DNA of 8,074 bases from Candidatus Heimdallarchaeota archaeon B3_Heim. Its GTDB lineage: Archaea > Asgardarchaeota > Heimdallarchaeia > Hodarchaeales > Hodarchaeaceae. The position numbers and the translations under genes were made by a program. Shown here piece after piece: positions 1 to 6,260 of the stretch. The notes under the pieces were generated by a model. The model made no database searches, was not told the DNA's origin, and saw only the letters and a program-made list of their open reading frames with translations. The stretch is taken from positions 1 to 8,074 of the forward strand of contig NJBF01000079.1 of assembly GCA_003144275.1 (NCBI GenBank), in the 5' to 3' direction. The first letter of the stretch is position 1; the number at the start of each line of letters is the position of its first letter.

Positions 1-20
1 ATATTTGTCTTTAGATAATT

Positions 21-389
21 TTATTCAAAGAAAAACGCTTTGAATTCAGTATCTTGCTGTAATAACTCTGTCACTTGGAGACCCAAAGGTGTTAATTGCC
101 AACCTTTCTCTCCACGTTCGACTAGACCAATATCTAAAAGAGAACGACTGTACTTCCCTGTTCGAATATGACTTCTGATCGTGTCTAATCCTACCCCAAT
201 AATTTTGCTTAATCTCTTATACCCCACTGAATCACGATAGAGCTCAATTAGTATTCTCTTCTTCGTCCGACCTAATCGCTCCATAAGTTCTTTTGGATCT
301 TGGATTATTTGAGAAGAATTGTCTCGTAAAAGCTCTTCAGACGATTTTGGATTAGGTAAATCGTTCCTATGTTCTTCTTTTTCCGCCAT
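21..389 (-). CDS. Winged helix-turn-helix protein (ArsR/MarR-like fold), putative transcription regulator
   Basis: 122 aa, ATG start. Pattern KKRILIEL...VGYKRLSKIIGVGLDTIRSHI...LLDIGLVER...GWQLTPLG fits helix-HTH-wing with the typical L.++GLV and W/Y.LT..G ending. Lies 42 nt downstream of rpl44e on the same strand. Confidence 0.72.
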   Translation of the reverse strand: MAEKEEHRNDLPNPKSSEELLRDNSSQIIQDPKELMERLGRTKKRILIELYRDSVGYKRLSKIIGVGLDTIRSHIRTGKYSRSLLDIGLVERGEKGWQLTPLGLQVTELLQQDTEFKAFFFE

Positions 390-431
390 AATTAATTCCC
401 AAAGATGCTATAGGTAACCTAATAGCTGAAA

Positions 432-734
432 TTAGGCTCTTTGAAGTTCTGATCTTCTTGCTCTGGGTCGGCTACGAATCCATTTTTTCCCGCACTCGCC
501 ACATGTAATTCGGATGTCGACTTTTTTAGTCGTTTTTGATGTCATATTTCGTGAAGCAATGGGTCGTCTTGAATAACGACCATGATTTCCAATTCGTGAA
601 GTCCATCGAGCCATTCTTCGGCTACCTTGCCCCATCCCACCACCTCGTTGTTTTGCTTTTTCAAGTTTCACTGATTGCACTGTATGTTTGTTGCAGTGTG
701 GACAGAATGTTCGCATTTTTGCGGGAATTTTCAC
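432..734 (-). CDS. rpl44e: 50S ribosomal protein L44e (eL42)
   Basis: MKIP.K.RTFCPHCNKHT and KTTKKVDIRITCGECGK: two CxxC zinc-ribbon halves, with the archaeal-type loop IGNHGRYS. GTG start with GGAG about 9-12 nt upstream. Confidence 0.97.
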   Translation of the reverse strand: MKIPAKMRTFCPHCNKHTVQSVKLEKAKQRGGGMGQGSRRMARWTSRIGNHGRYSRRPIASRNMTSKTTKKVDIRITCGECGKKWIRSRPRARRSELQRA

Positions 735-816
735 CTTATCTAGCTCCAGTCCGATTACCGAACTAACCTTTCTTTGATTGTAAGAAGGTAGTTAGTAAAT
801 CAATTTTTCCCCAATG

Positions 817-823
817 TTAAAAA
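817..823 (-). promoter_or_regulatory. Putative TATA box for rpl44e
   Basis: Minus strand reads GAAAAGCAGGAAG-TTTTTAA, a purine-rich BRE-like stretch followed by a TATA-like element. Predicts a TSS near 795. Confidence 0.4.
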
Positions 824-923
824 CTTCCTGCTTTTCTGACGATCATTCTTTAGATACTCTTTATTCTCCAACTTCTGCGATAGTCCTAAAAAGTCGATTT
901 TGACCAACTGATTTTGAAGTAAT

Positions 924-2150
924 TTGCCATTAGATAGAAAGTACAAATCAATAATCGAATCTGGTATTTTGTTAGGATCAGCTATCTTACTTGCGATATT
1001 TATAGCTCTATCATTAACGAATTATCTTGGTAACTCTTCAATGCCAAATGTTGCTGTATCTACCACCAGTATGATGCCAATTTACCGTGGTTTTCAGGAC
1101 GGAACAGAAAGTGACGGTACTCTTTATCCTTTTCGTGGTGATATATTGTTGGTTAGAAAAGTACCAGCAGATACATTGGAGGTCGGTGATGTTATTGTTT
1201 TTAATACACCAGCAGTTTCTGATCCAGTTGTTCATCGGATAGTAGCTAGATGGCGGAATGTTTCTGACTATATATTCTTCAAAACTAATGGTGACAACAA
1301 TAAACCTCCTGATATTTGGATCATTGGAGAAGACGACGTCATTGGATTGGTGGTTATTCGAATCCCTCATATTGGATGGTTTTTGTTAGCCATGCAGACG
1401 AACTTGGGAAAAATTCTCATCTTAACCCTTGCAGGTTTAGTCCTTTTCGGAGAAGAAATTTTTAATTCTTTAGGCCTATCAAAAAATAAGAAAGAGAGGG
1501 AAAAGATTACTACTGATACCAATAACCAAGAAATCGGTAATAATGACACGAAAATGCAATCTAAATCGATTAGTAGTATTATTAGGAAGAAAGAATCAAC
1601 CTATGTTTTACTGGGATTAGCTATCTTAATTATGTTCACTACAAGTAATGTTTTAGCAAGTGTATCTCATTCACCTTCTATTGATATCTTTGGAATCAAC
1701 GATTCAACAGAGAGTAATAGTCTTTTAGACTCTTCTTTAAATTCTCTCATTACGCTCAATAATCCCAGCAAATGGACAGGCCTATATCAAAGAGATGTGA
1801 GTTCTTACTTTGAGGTTCCTTATTTTAATAAGAGTGACACCCCGCAAAGAGGGTATCTCTACCCAATATTTATTGATTTCCCACAAAAAGTGTCTTTCTA
1901 CCCAATTTCTATCAAACTCCGATCTGGTGGTATTTTCAATAATATCGATTATTTCGAGATTCGTGTTAACCAAACTAAAGGACTTTATAGGTGGACAATT
2001 GTAAACAATTATATTGGGATACATACAATTAAAGGGGGGATAATTTCTCAGATAAACGGAACAGTTGAAATTTCAATTTATCTATATACAAGAGGTCTAT
2101 TTGCATCTTCACCTCTAATTTATACTTTTCCGATTTTTCTTCAGGGTTAA
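924..2150 (+). CDS. sec11: Signal peptidase I, ER/archaeal type (Sec11/S26B), with extra TM helices and a ~160-aa C-terminal domain
   Basis: N-terminal TM, then STTSMMP (Ser49), GDILLV, GDVIVF, PVVHRI (His104), KTNGDNN...D and VIGLVVIRIPHIGW, which are the Ser-His S26B motifs. TTG start. Confidence 0.92.
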   Translation: MPLDRKYKSIIESGILLGSAILLAIFIALSLTNYLGNSSMPNVAVSTTSMMPIYRGFQDGTESDGTLYPFRGDILLVRKVPADTLEVGDVIVFNTPAVSDPVVHRIVARWRNVSDYIFFKTNGDNNKPPDIWIIGEDDVIGLVVIRIPHIGWFLLAMQTNLGKILILTLAGLVLFGEEIFNSLGLSKNKKEREKITTDTNNQEIGNNDTKMQSKSISSIIRKKESTYVLLGLAILIMFTTSNVLASVSHSPSIDIFGINDSTESNSLLDSSLNSLITLNNPSKWTGLYQRDVSSYFEVPYFNKSDTPQRGYLYPIFIDFPQKVSFYPISIKLRSGGIFNNIDYFEIRVNQTKGLYRWTIVNNYIGIHTIKGGIISQINGTVEISIYLYTRGLFASSPLIYTFPIFLQG

Positions 2151-2162
2151 GTGATATTTTAT

Positions 2163-2918
2163 ATGGTAAATATTTGTTATTTAGTCGGTACGGCGGGTTC
2201 AGGTAAAACAATGCTGATTTCATCTCTTCAACAATACTTAAAACAAAAAGGAGCAAGTCTAACCATTGTTAACCTTGACCCAGCAGTTCGACATATCCCC
2301 TATCAAGCTGATATTGATATAAGAGATTATATTGACTTTGATCAACTTGTAGACGAATATAAACTTGGACCGAATGGTGCACTAATTGCTGCGACTGATC
2401 TTGTGGCCGATTACATAAATGATATCAGGGAAAATATCGAGGAGTTAGGAGAAAGTTCTGATATTGTATTAGTAGATACACCTGGTCAAGTGGAGCTTTT
2501 TGCTTACCGTAACGCAAGTATAAAAATCACAAGAAGCTTTCCAACAGATTCTACTTTACTCGCCTTTTTGTTTGATTCTGCTTTGGTTTCTAATATTTCA
2601 GGTTATTTATCTGTAAACCTTTTAGCGACTTCTGTGCAAATCCGATTGAGTTTACCGATTATTCATGTCATGTCTAAAACGGATTTACTCAAACCTCACC
2701 AAGTTGATGAAATTTTAGATTGGCGAGAAAATCCCTACGATGCAATTGATCAACTGTATGGCATGAATCGCGAATTTGCGTTAAAAACGGGTCAAATATT
2801 TGAAGATATGGGAGACATTCCCCTTATTCCGGTCAGTTCATTATCTGGAGAGGGGCTCGATCTTCTTAGTGCTCAATTAAGTCGTACTTTTTCCGCAGGG
2901 GAAGATTGGTCAATATAA
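2163..2918 (+). CDS. GPN-loop GTPase (archaeal homologue of Gpn1/Npa3, Gpn2, Gpn3)
   Basis: GTAGSGKT (G1), VNLDPA, LGPNG (GPN loop), DTPGQVE (G3), SKTD (G4), VSS (G5). ATG at 2163 is preferred over the track's GTG at 2151 because GTGAT then serves as an SD 7 nt upstream and the first beta-strand starts right after it. Confidence 0.95.
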   Translation: MVNICYLVGTAGSGKTMLISSLQQYLKQKGASLTIVNLDPAVRHIPYQADIDIRDYIDFDQLVDEYKLGPNGALIAATDLVADYINDIRENIEELGESSDIVLVDTPGQVELFAYRNASIKITRSFPTDSTLLAFLFDSALVSNISGYLSVNLLATSVQIRLSLPIIHVMSKTDLLKPHQVDEILDWRENPYDAIDQLYGMNREFALKTGQIFEDMGDIPLIPVSSLSGEGLDLLSAQLSRTFSAGEDWSI

Positions 2919-2929
2919 TTGTACTCAAT

Positions 2930-3331
2930 TTAAAATCGGGGACCAGGTAACATCCATATTAGCGATGTTATTACGATAAATAGCAAGGTAAAAGTAAATG
3001 TCCCAGAAAAAAGTAATCGTTTTTGGTCAATTTCATCTGGAGTGATTCTCAATCCCAGTCTAATGAACGCCACAGATGATGCTAAGCCAACTAGTAAGAA
3101 AAGAAACCATATACCAGTGGAAATTTTAGGGAATAAAACAAATGTGGTTCCAGTAATGATACCGGTAATTCCACCGAAAACTACTTTTGTATAGTACATT
3201 CTAGTATTGGGAGAAAGTTCATTAAACTTGTAGTTTGATTTTCTAGTTTCAGTAATAGTACTATCCTCATCAGGACGTCGAGTTATCTTACGTATTTTTC
3301 TCTGGCTGATATTTCGTCGTTCTCTTGACAT
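2930..3331 (-). CDS. 3-TM membrane protein, EMC6/RAB5IF(OPTI)-like family
   Basis: Basic N-terminal tail, then three hydrophobic segments: YYTKVVFGGITGIITG, GIWFLFLLVGLASSVAF and LLFSGTFTFTLLFIVITSLIWML, with the loop LRITPDEID. Resembles recalled RAB5IF (YWFRQIIAVVLGVIWG...LQIDEEE...EGFMTSFALFMVIW) and EMC6. AGGAGG SD at 3340-3345. Confidence 0.6.
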   Translation of the reverse strand: MSRERRNISQRKIRKITRRPDEDSTITETRKSNYKFNELSPNTRMYYTKVVFGGITGIITGTTFVLFPKISTGIWFLFLLVGLASSVAFIRLGLRITPDEIDQKRLLFSGTFTFTLLFIVITSLIWMLPGPRF

Positions 3332-3365
3332 CTTAATTTCCTCCTACTGAAGATTCTGAAAACTA

Positions 3366-3373
3366 CCTTTAAA
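3366..3373 (-). promoter_or_regulatory. Putative TATA box (TTTAAAGG) for the EMC6-like gene
   Basis: Predicts a TSS near 3345, immediately upstream of the AGGAGG SD. Confidence 0.45.
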
Positions 3374-3378
3374 CGGAG

Positions 3379-3422
3379 AAATAACTGAGATTGTAAAATA
3401 TATATACAATTTCAAGTTATTT
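3379..3422. repeat. Imperfect inverted repeat (17-bp arms, 9-nt AT loop)
   Basis: AAATAACT-GAGATTGTA / AAATATATA / TACAATTTC-A-AGTTATTT: 8+9 pairs, one G-T pair and one bulged A. Confidence 0.6.
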
Positions 3423-3605
3423 TGGCTAATAATGGAAAATTAGACACTGAGTTTTATTTTTTTTGAGATCGGCCAACTACTAAGAGTGATGAACTTCACT
3501 TGGTTTCACCAAGATATTCAAAGTTTTATACTAATATTTTGGAGATATAAAATTAAAGGATTTTGAATCCTGGACTTTTGAAATCAAGGCTACTTAGAGC
3601 GAGAG

Positions 3606-4232
3606 TTGAAGACAATTATGGAATATTCTGGAGAGTATTTGGTTAAGCTTGCGAGAAGAACTATTGAAACCTATTTAATGAATAAAAAGAAAATTAACCC
3701 CCCAAAAGATGCTCCTGGAGACCTCATGGATCAATCAGGTGTATTTGTGACTCTCCATCGTATTGATCAAGGTGATGAACCAGTTTTACGGGGATGTATT
3801 GGAAGAATTCAAAGTCCAGGGAGTACTCTCATCCAATCTACCATTGACTCTGCTATAGATGCTATTATTCACGATTATCGATTCCCTAATGTTACCTTTC
3901 CCGAATTAGATAAGATTACTGTCGAGGTTACAATCTTAACAGTTCCTGAAAAAATCATTGTTGAAGATCCAAAAGAATACTTTGGAATTATTAAGATTGG
4001 CCGACATGGGTTAATTGCAGAGCGAGGTTCATTCCAACGTGGGTTATTATTACCCCAAGTACCAGTCCAACAGGGATGGGATATTCAGACGTATCTTGAT
4101 CATGTATGTCAGAAAGCTGGGTTAATTTCACATGCCTGGCAAGATCTTGAAACAAATATTTTGTTTTTTGAGGGATTTATCTATTCAGAACTTGCCCCAA
4201 ATGGAGAAATAAAACAAAATATAGCTCATTGA
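3606..4232 (+). CDS. AMMECR1-domain protein (archaeal TIGR00296-like)
   Basis: GEYLVKLARRTIE, GVFVTL, LRGCIG, DYRF (usually DPRF), GRHGLI, GLLLPQV, C.KAGL. Start is either TTG 3606 or ATG 3618. Confidence 0.95.
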   Translation: MKTIMEYSGEYLVKLARRTIETYLMNKKKINPPKDAPGDLMDQSGVFVTLHRIDQGDEPVLRGCIGRIQSPGSTLIQSTIDSAIDAIIHDYRFPNVTFPELDKITVEVTILTVPEKIIVEDPKEYFGIIKIGRHGLIAERGSFQRGLLLPQVPVQQGWDIQTYLDHVCQKAGLISHAWQDLETNILFFEGFIYSELAPNGEIKQNIAH

Positions 4233-5338
4233 GTCTCTATTTTTTCTAAAAATATTTCAATTTTCTTTTTATTAATAGGATTGGGTAAAGCAATTTCTAA
4301 TTTATCCCGATAAGCGCAGCAAGTTTTATCATCTAATGACTCAATTGAAGGTACATTTCCATGATAACCAAATTGTATTGGCCGTAAACCAACTATATTC
4401 GATTGAGTCTCCATTGCACTTAGTGCTTTAAAACTAATCGTTTCACCATTATGATTAAAGCAGGTAGGACTGATAAACGTCTGAACACTTCCCTTTGATA
4501 CGTAATTTTGGCATATTGTTTCACAGACGGTCTGACAGTAGAAACAAAGATTATCTTCATCCTTATGTAAATCAAAAAATGATTTTAGTTCAATAAAAGT
4601 ATGTATTGGAGAAAAATGTTTTTCCACATATTTAATAAAAATATTTTCTGACTTTTTACCAGTTCTGAAGAACAATGGAAGAATTTTGACTCCCCTCTTT
4701 TTCATAAGCAATGCGGCTAATATTGAGTTCACATTAGGACGAATTAAAGCTATAGCAGTTCCTTGTGAGTTTGAAGGGATTCCATCCATCCCCTTTATGA
4801 TCTCTGAATAAATAAATGTCAATTTTCCTCGAACGTCAAGGAATATCTCAACTTGAGGTGTCGTAAGATTGACTTTAAGTCCAGAAATGTCAGACTCTAA
4901 AATTTTACTTCCTAGTTTTGCGGCGATTTCCATTGAGGAAAATGGATGTAAGCCCTCACGTCTGACCCTTACTGCAAAGCTACTATGAGGTGGAAAAAAT
5001 TCAAAAGCCAATTTGACACCATTGGCTAGGATTTCTTCTTCATCACTTCTAATGACGAAAGCTTGACTTAAAGAGGAGATTCCACTTATTTGCTGTGCAA
5101 TTTGTAGAATAATATTCTGAGGAATAACTGGAGGATTAAAATTGATTAGAAGACGACCACGAAAATCAATAATCGAAAAAGTTAACTCTGCCCTTTTCAA
5201 TAGTTCATTGATATTTGAACGAAGTAAACTGATCATACGACGTCTGGTTCTTCGACTTTTGATCCCAAGTTCTCCTCCCATCCGAATGAGTAGAACATTA
5301 CTACCAATAAGTTCAGAATAATCCTTTTTTTGATCCAA
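4226..5338 (-). CDS. ThiI-like THUMP-domain protein with degenerate PP-loop (probable pseudoenzyme)
   Basis: NFLD-like LLIRMGGELGIKS; THUMP SFAVRVRR...FSSMEIAAKLG...VNLTTP..EIFLDVR; then KGMDGIPSNSQGTAIALI-RPNVNS-ILAALLMKKRG, where ThiI has SGGxDS. TTG start. 7-nt convergent overlap with AMMECR1. Confidence 0.88.
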   Translation of the reverse strand: MDQKKDYSELIGSNVLLIRMGGELGIKSRRTRRRMISLLRSNINELLKRAELTFSIIDFRGRLLINFNPPVIPQNIILQIAQQISGISSLSQAFVIRSDEEEILANGVKLAFEFFPPHSSFAVRVRREGLHPFSSMEIAAKLGSKILESDISGLKVNLTTPQVEIFLDVRGKLTFIYSEIIKGMDGIPSNSQGTAIALIRPNVNSILAALLMKKRGVKILPLFFRTGKKSENIFIKYVEKHFSPIHTFIELKSFFDLHKDEDNLCFYCQTVCETICQNYVSKGSVQTFISPTCFNHNGETISFKALSAMETQSNIVGLRPIQFGYHGNVPSIESLDDKTCCAYRDKLEIALPNPINKKKIEIFLEKIETQ

Positions 5339-5405
5339 TGTAAACCCAAGGGGACTAGGAGAATTGAATTAGAGAAACCAAAAGTCTAATATTGTGTGCA
5401 TATAA

Positions 5406-5477
5406 ATGAGCGATTCAGAGTAACTATAATCTATCATAGCAAAGCTCAAACTTGTCAGGTTTCATCATTACGCTCAT
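5406..5477 (-). ncRNA. Box C/D guide sRNA (dual guide; predicted 23S rRNA targets in H69 and H71)
   Basis: AUGAGCG-UA-[C AUGAUGA 5468-5462]-AACCUGACAAGU-[D' UUGA 5449-5446]-GCUUUGCU-[C' AUGAUAG 5437-5431]-AUUAUAGUUACU-[D CUGA 5418-5415]-AU-CGCUCAU. Perfect 7-bp terminal stem and two guides of exactly 12 nt. Confidence 0.9.
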
Positions 5478-5501
5478 AAATATGAATTTGAGGATTTTCC
5501 T

Positions 5502-5918
5502 TTAATCCTCAAGATCATCGTCGTCTTCTTTGAGTTCCTCTGAAGCACGTATTAATTCAGCCATGGAATATTGTTGATCAAACTTTTTCCAGATCGAAGA
5601 TACTATTTCTTCATCGAGTCCTTTAACCTTCTTTTCGACCAGTTTTTTAGCGTCAGTACGTTTCGCAGGTAACTCTGTAAATCCCCACATGGCAGCTGGC
5701 ACAGCTTCAGGGTTTTTCTCAATGATGTAAACCGTTCCCTCTTGTTGTTGGAATGAAAAGAACTGAGGTTGGATAAGTGGACAATCTGATAATTTATGTA
5801 GTCCAGTTACAGTAAATAAATGATTACATCTTGTTTTATCTGGGGATGTTGCAGATGTTTTAAACGCACAGTGACCTTTATCAAGGTATCTCCATGCTGT
5901 GATTATTTCCGTTTTCAT
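5502..5918 (-). CDS. mak16: Mak16-like protein (eL28/Mak16 family; large-subunit biogenesis factor homologue)
   Basis: W..L....CAFK...C.......TGLH....CPL....F......G.VYII.K.PE..P..MW....L aligns with the recalled Mak16 N-terminus (IW..L....FCSFK...FCRNEYSLTGLCNRSSCPL..S.YAT.....G..YLY.K..ER..FP..LW). Acidic C-terminus EEDDDD-like (EDDDDLED). GAGTGAT SD 5 nt before the ATG. Confidence 0.85.
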   Translation of the reverse strand: MKTEIITAWRYLDKGHCAFKTSATSPDKTRCNHLFTVTGLHKLSDCPLIQPQFFSFQQQEGTVYIIEKNPEAVPAAMWGFTELPAKRTDAKKLVEKKVKGLDEEIVSSIWKKFDQQYSMAELIRASEELKEDDDDLED

Positions 5919-5975
5919 GATTTATCACTCTAATATATTGAAAGATAACTTTATTGTTTAATACAATGGGATAAT

Positions 5976-6048
5976 AGCCGCTGGTGGGACTTGAACCCAC
6001 GACCAACAGATTACAAATCTGTCGCTCTACCAACTAAGCCACAGCGGC
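5976..6048 (-). tRNA. tRNA-Thr(UGU), intronless, CCA not encoded
   Basis: GCCGCUG acceptor stem pairs with CAGCGGC; D arm GCUU-AGUUGGU-AGAGC; anticodon arm ACAGA-UU UGU AA-UCUGU (anticodon 6015-6013); T arm GUGGG-UUCAAGU-CCCAC; U73 discriminator, typical of archaeal tRNA-Thr. Confidence 0.98.
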
Positions 6049-6059
6049 AACTCTTTTAT

Positions 6060-6170
6060 TTTACTCTCATACCGATATCAAGATAATCTCGAAAGGTCGA
6101 TTGGTAGAGTTTGGTTTGCCTTAAGTTGGGATAACGAAATAGGGTTCACCCCATACATTATACAACCTGC
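6060..6170 (-). ncRNA. Candidate structured RNA or long structured pre-tRNA leader
   Basis: Hairpin 6168-6123 has 18 bp with three G-U pairs that work only on the minus strand. A second, weaker hairpin spans 6110-6063. The RNA would start about 28 nt downstream of a TTTAAA box. Confidence 0.4.
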
Positions 6171-6190
6171 AGGTGGCTTCTATCACCACT

Positions 6191-6198
6191 CCTTTAAA
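6191..6198 (-). promoter_or_regulatory. Putative TATA box (TTTAAAGG) for the leader/tRNA-Thr transcript
   Basis: Predicts a TSS at about 6170-6168, which coincides with the 5' end of the long hairpin. Confidence 0.5.
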
Positions 6199-6260
6199 CC
6201 GCTCTTAAATTTGCTTAAAGCCTTACTGAGTAATGAATGATATGATTTCGGTTAATTTCG

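Noticed and set aside
536-766. 76-aa plus-strand ORF
   Set aside because: Antisense shadow of rpl44e with no recognisable motif.
1038-2256. Minus-strand ORFs 1038-1370, 1367-1549, 1782-2024 and 2029-2256, and plus-strand ORF 1810-2004
   Set aside because: They overlap the well-supported signal peptidase and GPN genes in antisense or alternative frames and show no family features.
3486-3534. Possible second C/D sRNA starting at a perfect box C (GTGATGA), with hairpin CTTGGT-TTC-ACCAAG
   Set aside because: No CTGA-like D' or D box at the expected spacing (only TTCA and CTAA), no terminal stem and no recognisable rRNA or tRNA target.
5976-6048. tRNA as an integration (att) site for a mobile element
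   Set aside because: No duplicated tRNA 3' end, integrase or compositional break in the window; flanking genes are housekeeping.
6171-6190. GGUGAUAGAAGCCACC resembling the start of a fluoride (crcB) riboswitch, and a 22-codon GTG ORF starting here
   Set aside because: The pseudoknot partner and downstream crcB-type gene are missing, the segment lies upstream of the predicted TSS, and the ORF has no coding evidence.
6223-6233. Palindrome TTACT-G-AGTAA
   Set aside because: Short, AT-rich and single-copy in the window; not distinguishable from chance.
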